A DNA stretch of 34,049 nt from Candidatus Onthomorpha intestinigallinarum (lineage in GTDB: Bacteria; Bacteroidota; Bacteroidia; Bacteroidales; P3): positions 1 through 34,049 of the forward strand of contig DXGG01000071.1 in NCBI GenBank assembly GCA_019114015.1, in the 5' to 3' direction. Under the pieces are notes generated by a model. It saw only the letters and a program-made list of their open reading frames with translations. It did not search any database and had not been told where the DNA came from. The position numbers were made by a program, and so were the translations under genes. This document shows, one piece after another, positions 20,260 to 28,038 of the stretch (its first letter is position 1; every line of letters starts with the position of its first letter).

Positions 20260-21423
20260 ATGAAAGTAGTAGAAATTGCAAAGGACATATACTCTGTCGG
20301 AGTACGTGACTGGAATGTCAGGAATTTTCATGGTTATCTTACACAAAAAGGTACATCCTACAATGCTTATCTTATAATGGATGAGAAAGTGACGCTGATA
20401 GACAGTGTCAAGGCTCCATTTTCACAAGAGTTGCTTGAAAGGATATCTCAGGTCATAGAACCTTCAAAGATAGATTATGTAATTTCCAATCATGTTGAAA
20501 TGGATCATTCAGGTGCCATGCCGTACTTGATGAAACATTTGACTAATGCCGTAATCGTATGTTCAGCCGCTGCAGAAAAGGAACACAAGATGCACTTCGA
20601 TACATCCGGCTGGAAGTTTCAAACCGTAAAAACGGGGGATACCCTGTCTATAGGCAGACGTTCTCTTTCCTTCCTTATGACTCCTATGGTGCATTGGCCT
20701 GATAACATGGTGACATATTGCCCTGAAGACAAGATATTGTTCTCCAACGATGCATTTGGCCAGCATTTGGCATCTTCCGAGCTGTTCGACGATGAATTAA
20801 GTTTGGACCTTATACTTGCCGAAGCGAAAAAGTACTATGCCAACATAGTAATGCCTTATTCCTCTCAGGTTGTTGCAACCCTAAAGGCAGCAAGCAGCCT
20901 TGACATAAGGATGATTGCACCGAGCCACGGCTTAATCTGGAGAAAGAATCTTCCTGCGATATTGGAGTGCTATACAAAATGGAGTCGGTCCGAAACGGTA
21001 AAGAAAGCGGTCATTGTATTCGACAGCATGTGGGGAAGTACCGAGAAAATAGCTTATGCAATCAGACATGCCTTCGAGGCAAAGGGGTATTCTTACAAAT
21101 TCTTTGATTTGAAATCCAACCATATTTCGGATGTAATAACAGACTGCCTGGACGCAGAATTCATTTGTGTCGGAAGCCCTACGCTGAACAAAAACATCAT
21201 GCCGTCGGTTGCAGCAATGATGACATACATACAAGGTCTGATATGCAAGGGAAAGAAAGGAATACTTTTCGGTTCTTACGGATGGGCGCCAATCAACATG
21301 AAAGTGATGCAGAGATTCTTTGACGAAAGCGGAATCGAAACTTTCGCAAGCTACAATCTCAACTTCGTGCCTAAGAACGAGGACTTGAAAAAGATAACGG
21401 AAGACTTGTCCGCCAAGTTGTAG
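20260..21423 (+). CDS. fprA: Flavodiiron protein (FprA-family A-type flavoprotein; O2/NO reductase)
   Basis: 387 aa. A metallo-beta-lactamase-like domain carries the di-iron motif HVEMDHSGA. A C-terminal flavodoxin-like domain follows (VIVFDSMWGSTEKIA, GSPTLN). Confidence 0.88.
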   Translation: MKVVEIAKDIYSVGVRDWNVRNFHGYLTQKGTSYNAYLIMDEKVTLIDSVKAPFSQELLERISQVIEPSKIDYVISNHVEMDHSGAMPYLMKHLTNAVIVCSAAAEKEHKMHFDTSGWKFQTVKTGDTLSIGRRSLSFLMTPMVHWPDNMVTYCPEDKILFSNDAFGQHLASSELFDDELSLDLILAEAKKYYANIVMPYSSQVVATLKAASSLDIRMIAPSHGLIWRKNLPAILECYTKWSRSETVKKAVIVFDSMWGSTEKIAYAIRHAFEAKGYSYKFFDLKSNHISDVITDCLDAEFICVGSPTLNKNIMPSVAAMMTYIQGLICKGKKGILFGSYGWAPINMKVMQRFFDESGIETFASYNLNFVPKNEDLKKITEDLSAKL

Positions 21424-21444
21424 CGGAACGTTTCATAGAAAAAC

Positions 21445-21481
21445 AAATGCGGCCAATATATGATTGACCGCATTTTTTTTT
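21445..21481. terminator. Bidirectional intrinsic terminator between convergent fprA and the DUF3127 gene
   Basis: AAATGCGGCCAAT (21445-21457) pairs with ATTGACCGCATTT (21463-21475) at 12 of 13 positions, with a 5-nt loop. A T-run follows to 21481 and an A-rich tract precedes it. Confidence 0.7.
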
Positions 21482-21494
21482 CATATTATACCTG

Positions 21495-21980
21495 TTAGAA
21501 TGGCAGGTCTTCGTCCGTACCGCTCGGAGGTATGGAGTTGAATCCCTGTTCTTCTGCAGCAGTCTGGGCATAAGGCTGGGTATTAGCCTGTGGCTGCTGA
21601 TAGGTTTGATTGACCGCAGGTGCCGGTGCAGGATTGTACGAATTGCCGTAAGGTTGCGCCTGCGGCTGTTGATAATATGGATTGGGATTTTGAGCATAAC
21701 CGGTTGCAGATGCAAAAGGCTCCACCTTGAAACATCTTAAATCCGTATACCAACGTTCCTGAAATTCCCTCGATTCAACCGAAAAACCTACCCTGACCTG
21801 AGATTGAACCGGTATGTTTCTTATCATGTTCAACCTGTCCTCACCAAACAAGGTGAATGCCACCATCTTCGGATATTGCTCTTCCGTTTCTATTACAAAA
21901 CCGCCCTTTACCCAAGGCCCTCTCTGACTTTCTCCTGATACCTCAGGCAAAAGCTTTACCAATCTGCCAATTATTTCCAT
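21495..21980 (-). CDS. DUF3127-family protein with Q/P/Y/N-rich tail and SSB-like acidic C-terminal tip
   Basis: The N-terminal ~90 aa (MEIIGRLVKLLPEVSGESQRGPWVKGGFVIETEEQYPKMVAFTLFGED...SVESREFQERWYTDLRCFKVE) match my recollection of DUF3127. The tail is low-complexity and ends GTDEDLPF. Confidence 0.75.
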   Translation of the reverse strand: MEIIGRLVKLLPEVSGESQRGPWVKGGFVIETEEQYPKMVAFTLFGEDRLNMIRNIPVQSQVRVGFSVESREFQERWYTDLRCFKVEPFASATGYAQNPNPYYQQPQAQPYGNSYNPAPAPAVNQTYQQPQANTQPYAQTAAEEQGFNSIPPSGTDEDLPF

Positions 21981-21992
21981 ATCTATATTGTT

Positions 21993-24098
21993 TTATTTGT
22001 TTTTTAACCATGTATCCAACCAGTCGAAGAAGTTTCTCTGCCACAAAATTGCGTTTTGAGGCTTAAGAACCCAGTGTGTCTCATCAGGGAAATAAAGATA
22101 TCGTGCCGGTATTCCCCTTATCACGGCCGCATTGTATGCCGCCATACCCTGGGATGCCACTATACGGAAATCATATTCTGAATGTATGACCATTATAGGC
22201 GTATCCCATTTATCCACAAATTTATGAGGAGAGTTCGCATACGACCTCTGGGCAACGGCATTCTTCCTGTCCCAATACGGTCCGCCCAAATCCCAGTTTA
22301 CAAACCACATTTCCTCTGTTTCCAAATACTGTTGTTCAAGATTGAACATTCCATTGTGTGCAATGAAACATTTAAATCTCTTGTTGTGATGACCTGCTAA
22401 CCAATAGACGGAATAACCTCCGAAACTTGCTCCAACAGCTCCCAAACGGTCTTTGTCAACGTAACTTTCCTTACAAAGTTCGTCTATCGCCGTAAGGTAA
22501 TCTCTCATGCACTGTCCGCCGTAATCACCGCTCACCTGCTCATTCCATTGCTGACCAAAGCCCGGAAGACCTCTTCTGTTAGGCGCTACGACTATGTATC
22601 CGTTGGCAGCCATTATCTGAAAGTTCCATCTGTATGACCAAAACTGTGAAACCGTACTCTGAGGTCCGCCTTCACAATAAAGCAATGCAGGGTATTTTTT
22701 TGTGGAATCGAAATCAGGCGGATATATTACCCAAGTATGCAAATCCTTTCCATCGGTTGCCTTAAGCCAACGCTCCTCTACCCTGCCCCACTTTATCTTT
22801 GCCATAAGGTCATCGTTGGATGCGGAAATCTTTTTTTCCTTTCCCGTGGACTCCTCTACCGTCCATATCTCATTGGGATGGGACATGCTCATCTTTTCTC
22901 CTACAAGCAATCCGTTCTTTGCAAGGTTGACAGACGTATAGTCATGAACACCGGATGTTATCTGTTTTATCGCCTTGTCCTCCATGCTTATCTTGTATAT
23001 GTTGTCAACAGCATGGTAGTCCGATACGAAATAAATCCATTTGCCGTCGGCGGAAAATGTCAATCCTCCTACGTTCTGGTCAAAATCCGGAGTATAATAT
23101 TCCGTCTTGCCCGTACTCAAATCGCATACCATCAATCTTATCTTGTCGGCTTCATAGCCGTCCCTTTCCATGCTTTCCCATGCGATTTTTTTACCGTCAG
23201 GCGAAAATACCGGATTCTGGTCATAACCCATCATCCCTTCACTCAAATTGACAGTGCTGCCTTTCTCCACATCATAAAGATAAATATCGGAATTTGTGGA
23301 AAAGGCATATTCCTTACCTGTTTTCTTCCTGCATGTATATGCTATCGTTTTGCTGTCCGGACTCCAAGCTATCTGTTCCATTCCACCCCAAGGACGCATA
23401 GGTGACTCGTATTCCGTATTCTCAAGCAGGTTCTTGCCTTCGGAAACGGTCTTGCCGTCAAATGCCGCAACAAATGGCTGTGGTATTTCGTCAACCCATC
23501 TGTCCCAATGTCTGTATGCAAGATCGTCGTTGATTCTTCCCGTCGTCTTGTCCAAACCTTTCTTCAATTCGGCATACTTGTCCTTCTTCGGAACCGCCTT
23601 TACATAAACTATCTTCTTGCCGTCAGGAGAATAGGAGAAACCTTCCAAAGTCGCATCCTTGAAATCGGATATGCGTCTAAGGTCACTGCCGTCAACATTC
23701 ATCTGATAAATGTTCACGCCCTGCTCATCCGATGATATGAATCCTATCTTGTCCCCTTTCGGATGCCATACCGCATTCCACTCGCTTGCAGAGGTGGTGG
23801 TCAGTCTTGTAACGCCGCTGCCGTCAAGATTCATCACGTAAATCTCACTGTTTCCCTTGTTCTCCTCTATGCTGTAATAGGTAAGGGTGTAAAGAATCTT
23901 CTCACCGTCCGGAGAAACCGACACCTCGCCTATACGTCCGAACGCCCACAAAGCCTCAGGTGTCAACCTGCCGTCCTTAATCTCTATTTCCGGCTTGTCT
24001 ATCACTTTCGTTTCCTGCCCGTCATGCCTTTTGCAGGAAACAAATGCCAAGCCCGCAATCAATAAAAATGTAAAAAATCTGCTTTTCATATTATTCAT
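21993..24098 (-). CDS. S9-family serine peptidase (beta-propeller plus alpha/beta-hydrolase; prolyl oligopeptidase/DPP-like) lipoprotein
   Basis: 701 aa with a lipobox (LAFVSC). PD40/TolB-like propeller repeats are present (SPDGKKI..., FSPDGKKIAW, FSADGKWIYF). The nucleophile motif is GASFGGYS and the C-terminal FPDETHW carries the His. Confidence 0.9.
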   Translation of the reverse strand: MNNMKSRFFTFLLIAGLAFVSCKRHDGQETKVIDKPEIEIKDGRLTPEALWAFGRIGEVSVSPDGEKILYTLTYYSIEENKGNSEIYVMNLDGSGVTRLTTTSASEWNAVWHPKGDKIGFISSDEQGVNIYQMNVDGSDLRRISDFKDATLEGFSYSPDGKKIVYVKAVPKKDKYAELKKGLDKTTGRINDDLAYRHWDRWVDEIPQPFVAAFDGKTVSEGKNLLENTEYESPMRPWGGMEQIAWSPDSKTIAYTCRKKTGKEYAFSTNSDIYLYDVEKGSTVNLSEGMMGYDQNPVFSPDGKKIAWESMERDGYEADKIRLMVCDLSTGKTEYYTPDFDQNVGGLTFSADGKWIYFVSDYHAVDNIYKISMEDKAIKQITSGVHDYTSVNLAKNGLLVGEKMSMSHPNEIWTVEESTGKEKKISASNDDLMAKIKWGRVEERWLKATDGKDLHTWVIYPPDFDSTKKYPALLYCEGGPQSTVSQFWSYRWNFQIMAANGYIVVAPNRRGLPGFGQQWNEQVSGDYGGQCMRDYLTAIDELCKESYVDKDRLGAVGASFGGYSVYWLAGHHNKRFKCFIAHNGMFNLEQQYLETEEMWFVNWDLGGPYWDRKNAVAQRSYANSPHKFVDKWDTPIMVIHSEYDFRIVASQGMAAYNAAVIRGIPARYLYFPDETHWVLKPQNAILWQRNFFDWLDTWLKNK

Positions 24099-24134
24099 TT
24101 ATTTGTTTGACAAACCAAGCGTCAAAGGTACGGA

Positions 24135-25325
24135 TTATATTTGGTAGAAAAAATATTTTTTTATCTCCTTGGACAAAAACGAACTGTCCAACTGGTCAGA
24201 CGCATCGCATATCTCCTTTATTTCACCATTCTCGAAAAGAATGTTTATCCTGGTATCGTTGAAGTTATAAGCCTTGTTGTGAAGCTCATCCGTAGCCGTA
24301 AAATATTTTCTCGACACCTCGTCCCCATAACTGCAAACGGATTCTATCTGTTCGTCGGTAAAAGGATTGTCCTGTATTGTAACATGTCCGAGAGTTCTAT
24401 TCATGAGACTTGAAGAAAGGCGTCTCAATATTCCGTCACCGTGTCCGGACCATACCTTTACCGCACTCCATATGTCCGAATCGTCCAAAAGCCTGAAATG
24501 TTCAAGAGCCTCCCTGTCAGAAAGGTCCCTTTGTCCCTTGTCAAGAAAATAATAAAGATGAGAGCTTAGAGGATATGACTCATAATCAAGCCTTCCTTCC
24601 TGCTGCAGGTCCTTTGCCCTGAGCAGAACCTTGGATAGAAGATTGTCGGCGGCAACAACGGTCTTGTGCATGTAAACCTGCCAATACATAAGCCGTCTTG
24701 AAATGATGAACTTCTCAATGGAATATATCCCTTTCTGGTCTATCACAAGTTCATCGTCCTTGACATTGAACATTTTCAGTATTCTGTCCGTACCTATCAC
24801 CCCTTCGCTCACGCCGGTAAAGAAACTGTCCCTTGTCAGATAGTCCAAACGGTCGGTGTCAACCTGTGAGGATACAAGCTGATGAAGAAAGGCCCTGCCA
24901 TAACAGCCTGAGAACACATCTATTGCCGTTTGTGCAACACCGCACTCGGACATGAAGTGTTTTGTCAGCTCTTCGTGTGAACAACTGAAAAAGAAATGTT
25001 CCAGACAATGCGAAAAGGGGGCATGTCCCGTATCGTGCAGAAGAATTGCGACAAGAGTCGCACTCTCCTCTTCCCTTGAAATGTCTATTCCTTTCTGTTT
25101 CAAGACATCCAAAGCCTGATACATGAGATGCATTGCGCCGAGTGAATGGGCAAAACGCGTGTGTTCGGCTCCGGGATAGACCATATTGCTCAATCCCAAC
25201 TGCCTTATGCGCCTGAGCCTTTGCATTACAGGTGTCTGAATCAAATCGAAAATATCCTCGCTCGGAATATTGATGAATCCGTAAACCGGATCGTTTATGA
25301 TTTTTCTTTTATTGCTCGTAATCAT
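24135..25325 (-). CDS. HD-domain phosphohydrolase (COG1078 / SAMHD1-like dNTP triphosphohydrolase family)
   Basis: Motifs INDPVYGFI, HTRFAHSLG, LLHDTGHAPFSH and DTDRLDYLTRDS. The start was set at ATG 25325 (MITSNKRK). The track's longer start at 25421 translates through the intergenic palindrome. Confidence 0.85.
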   Translation of the reverse strand: MITSNKRKIINDPVYGFINIPSEDIFDLIQTPVMQRLRRIRQLGLSNMVYPGAEHTRFAHSLGAMHLMYQALDVLKQKGIDISREEESATLVAILLHDTGHAPFSHCLEHFFFSCSHEELTKHFMSECGVAQTAIDVFSGCYGRAFLHQLVSSQVDTDRLDYLTRDSFFTGVSEGVIGTDRILKMFNVKDDELVIDQKGIYSIEKFIISRRLMYWQVYMHKTVVAADNLLSKVLLRAKDLQQEGRLDYESYPLSSHLYYFLDKGQRDLSDREALEHFRLLDDSDIWSAVKVWSGHGDGILRRLSSSLMNRTLGHVTIQDNPFTDEQIESVCSYGDEVSRKYFTATDELHNKAYNFNDTRINILFENGEIKEICDASDQLDSSFLSKEIKKYFFYQI

Positions 25326-25376
25326 TGACTGCAAAGGTACACAAAAAAAATATATGCCGGAAATGAAACTTTGTTT

Positions 25377-25428
25377 CGGAAAAATGGATTCAGAAAAGAA
25401 AAAATTCTTTTCTGAATCCATTTTTCCG
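25377..25428. terminator. Perfect 24-bp palindrome (4-nt loop); bidirectional terminator-like hairpin downstream of the substrate-binding protein gene
   Basis: CGGAAAAATGGATTCAGAAAAGAA (25377-25400), AAAA, TTCTTTTCTGAATCCATTTTTCCG (25405-25428). The arms are exact reverse complements. The core stem is followed by a T-tract in both orientations. Confidence 0.75.
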
Positions 25429-25446
25429 AAATCAAATTACGGGAAA

Positions 25447-27081
25447 TTACAACTTTTTCACATGCTTGAGAATAAGCAGATTCATCGGATTTGTTTCCAA
25501 TCCGGTTATGTTTTTCTGGGCGAATCTCAGTACCTGATCATAATACAATATCACGACAGGAGCCTGCTCCATTATCATGTCGTTCATCTGTCCGTACAGT
25601 TCAGAACGCTTTGCCGCGTCTGTTTCCCTGCTTGCCCTGATGTAGAGTTCGTCGAACCTGCGGTCGGAGAAATGCGTATAGTTCGAGCCTTTGGGTGCGA
25701 AGTTTTCGGAATAGAACAGAGAGAGATAGTTTTCGGCATCGGGATAATCCGCAATCCATGAACCGCGGAACCAGTCCGTCTTGCCCTGTGCAATATGCTC
25801 TCTCAGCACTGCGGGAGGGTTTACGTCTATACTTACCTTAATACCAAGCAAACCCAACTGTTGCTGAATGTATTTGCACAAGTCAAGATAAGTTGAGGTT
25901 GTGGACAGGATTATTTCCCCCATTCCCTTTCCGTTAGGGTAACCTGCCTGTTTCAAAAGTTCCTTGCTTTTCTGCGGATTGTACTCGTATCTTATGCGTG
26001 AGGCGGAATCGAAACCCGGAAGCCCTTTCGGGATTATTCCCCATTCGCCCGGAGTGCCTATGTTGTTGCGCATGTATTTTATCATCTTCCTTCGGTCGAA
26101 TCCGTAGTTTATTGCCTGTCTTACCCTTTTGTCCCGCAACGGATTGTTCTCCGTTTCGGAATCCAGTTTGAAACCAAGGTATTCGGTATTGAGATAGGGC
26201 TGGGTGAGAAGTTGTATTCTGTCCTTGTACTTGTCCTTCAATTTACCGCTTCTGGTCAACACCTCATCCTTGTAATTGGGATCTATTCCCGAAATAAAGT
26301 CTATGTTTCCCTTTACGAACTCGAGAAAGACGGATTGTTTGTCAACAATGAAAGTAATTGCCACTGCATCAAGATAAGGCAGGGAATTGCCCAGGCTGTC
26401 CTTTTCAAAATAGTCCTCGTTTTTCAAAAGAACCAGCTTTACTCCCTCCTTCCATATACGGAACTTGAAAGGCCCCGTACCTATCGGGTGTTTACGGTAT
26501 TCTTTGCCGTAATGCTCCACCACTTCCCTTGCGAGCACACTACCGTAAGGCATGGTCAGTATGCCGAGAAATGGAGAAAATGCCTGCTTGAGCCTTATCA
26601 CGAATGTCGAATCGTCCTTTGCGATAAAGCCGTATTTGCCTTGAACCGTCTCGACACACGAAAAAAACGGTGCACCGGGTGAGGCGGTCTTCTCATCCAC
26701 TATTCTGTTGAAACTGTAAACGAAATCCGAAGCCACAACCCTGCGTTTCTTGCCCTTGAACAATTCATGGGGATGAAAAAACACGTCATTCCTGAGATGA
26801 AACACGTATTCCCTGCCGTCAGGACTTATTTCCCAACTTTTGGCTATACATGGAAGGATGTTCAAGTCTTTATCCAACTGTACGAGTCCGTTGTACAGCT
26901 GCACATCCGCCCAAATCATTGCCTGGTCCTTTGCATATGCGGGGTCCAACGAGTTTATGTTCGCAGACTCGTTATAACGGAAAACCTTTCTGTTTTCTGT
27001 TGCCGCATCCTTTTCCGCACAGGAAAACAGGCAAAAAACAAAAAGGTTTAATACAATAAATATGTATATGTTGTTTTTCAA
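25447..27081 (-). CDS. ABC-transporter family-5 (peptide/nickel, OppA/DppA-like) substrate-binding lipoprotein
   Basis: 544 aa with a lipobox (LFSC). It carries the typical SBP_bac_5 N-terminal signature region (NSLDPAYAKDQ..., LVQLDKDLNILPCIAKSWEISPDGREYVFHLRNDVFFH). Confidence 0.85.
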   Translation of the reverse strand: MKNNIYIFIVLNLFVFCLFSCAEKDAATENRKVFRYNESANINSLDPAYAKDQAMIWADVQLYNGLVQLDKDLNILPCIAKSWEISPDGREYVFHLRNDVFFHPHELFKGKKRRVVASDFVYSFNRIVDEKTASPGAPFFSCVETVQGKYGFIAKDDSTFVIRLKQAFSPFLGILTMPYGSVLAREVVEHYGKEYRKHPIGTGPFKFRIWKEGVKLVLLKNEDYFEKDSLGNSLPYLDAVAITFIVDKQSVFLEFVKGNIDFISGIDPNYKDEVLTRSGKLKDKYKDRIQLLTQPYLNTEYLGFKLDSETENNPLRDKRVRQAINYGFDRRKMIKYMRNNIGTPGEWGIIPKGLPGFDSASRIRYEYNPQKSKELLKQAGYPNGKGMGEIILSTTSTYLDLCKYIQQQLGLLGIKVSIDVNPPAVLREHIAQGKTDWFRGSWIADYPDAENYLSLFYSENFAPKGSNYTHFSDRRFDELYIRASRETDAAKRSELYGQMNDMIMEQAPVVILYYDQVLRFAQKNITGLETNPMNLLILKHVKKL

Positions 27082-27086
27082 GTGTT

Positions 27087-27986
27087 CTACATCTTTATCG
27101 TGTCGAAATTCTTGCCGTAAACGCCCTGAGTTTTGGCAACTGAGATAAATGCGTTGGGATCTATCGCCTTGACCAGTCTCATTATTGCAACCTTGTCGTT
27201 CTTTTGGGCTATCACCAAAAGCACCTTTTGATCCTTCTTGCTGTACCAGCCCCAGCCGTTTAGCAAGGTAACACCGCGTTTGACTTCATTGCCTATCGCA
27301 TCCGCGATCTTTTCATTCAACTGCGACATTATGGTTATCTGATAGGTTTGCTTCTGACCTTCCACAACCAAATCGATGGAATAGGTAAACACTCCCAAGA
27401 CAACATAACAGTAAACCATTTCTTCGATTTCATTACCTATCAAAAGAGTGCTCGTTATAACCAATGCATCGACAACCAAAATAACGGAGCCGGGACTGAC
27501 ATTGCGGTATTTTGTGACGATAAGGGCGATTATGTCGCTGCCTCCCGAATTGCCTCCGTTCACAAAGCACAAGCCTATTCCCAATCCCGACAAGGCGCCT
27601 CCGAGTATGGCACGCGTAATGAGCTCCATGTTTTCGAATTTGAACTGTTCCATGTTCTGAACCTCCAAAATCTGCTGGAAAAAAATCAGAGCCAAAGAAG
27701 CGGTCGTCATTCCCACAATGGTATTGATTCCGAATTTGCCTCCCAAAATCTTGTAGCCGATAGCCAGCAATATGGCATTGATTACGAAGTTTGAAATACC
27801 CATGGGAATCTCCGTGAGATAATATATGACGGACGACAAGCCGACAACACCTCCTCCGATTATGTGTTTGGGTACCAAAAACACCGACCACGCAAAACAA
27901 TATAAAACTATACCGCAGACAATAAAGAAATACTGCATCACTATCTTCCATACGGGTGTGGCCTTCAGTTTGTTCAATGTATTCAT
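27087..27986 (-). CDS. YitT-family membrane protein (with DUF2179-like C-terminal domain)
   Basis: 299 aa with 5-6 hydrophobic helices and the motifs IIGGGVVGLS and NGGNSGGSDIIA. A soluble C-terminal domain follows (VTLLNGWGWYS...VLLVIAQKNDKVAIMRLVKAIDPNAFISV). Confidence 0.85.
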   Translation of the reverse strand: MNTLNKLKATPVWKIVMQYFFIVCGIVLYCFAWSVFLVPKHIIGGGVVGLSSVIYYLTEIPMGISNFVINAILLAIGYKILGGKFGINTIVGMTTASLALIFFQQILEVQNMEQFKFENMELITRAILGGALSGLGIGLCFVNGGNSGGSDIIALIVTKYRNVSPGSVILVVDALVITSTLLIGNEIEEMVYCYVVLGVFTYSIDLVVEGQKQTYQITIMSQLNEKIADAIGNEVKRGVTLLNGWGWYSKKDQKVLLVIAQKNDKVAIMRLVKAIDPNAFISVAKTQGVYGKNFDTIKM

Positions 27987-28038
27987 TTCAAAGTTCGTTT
28001 TACAGATTCTATGAATAAATGTTCTATTTAATGCTTGT

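Noticed and set aside
24135-25325. HD-domain SAMHD1-like dNTPase as a possible anti-phage nucleotide-depletion defence gene.
   Set aside because: The gene sits in a housekeeping context (peptidase, SBP, smpB) with no neighbouring defence, mobile-element or toxin genes. COG1078-type HD hydrolases are broadly conserved core genes. Nothing in the sequence distinguishes it as a defence variant.
25332-25339. TAccTTTG (- strand) ending only 6 nt upstream of the HD gene ATG, which would imply a leaderless or near-leaderless mRNA.
   Set aside because: No properly spaced -33 TTTG is present, and a single 8-mer with two free positions is weak evidence. I did not call it as a promoter.
25326-25421. N-terminal extensions offered by the ORF track: the HD gene to 25421, the WecA-like gene to 9748, smpB to 30492, and GT2 from 6857.
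   Set aside because: The extensions translate intergenic palindromes or promoter DNA, or overlap the upstream gene by 88 nt. Internal ATGs at 25325, 9649, 30465 and 6941 give family-typical N-termini and tight gene junctions.
27433-27951. 172-aa same-strand out-of-frame ORF inside yitT.
   Set aside because: The translation is Arg/Cys/His-rich with no hydrophobic or motif structure, and it is fully embedded in a well-supported membrane protein gene.
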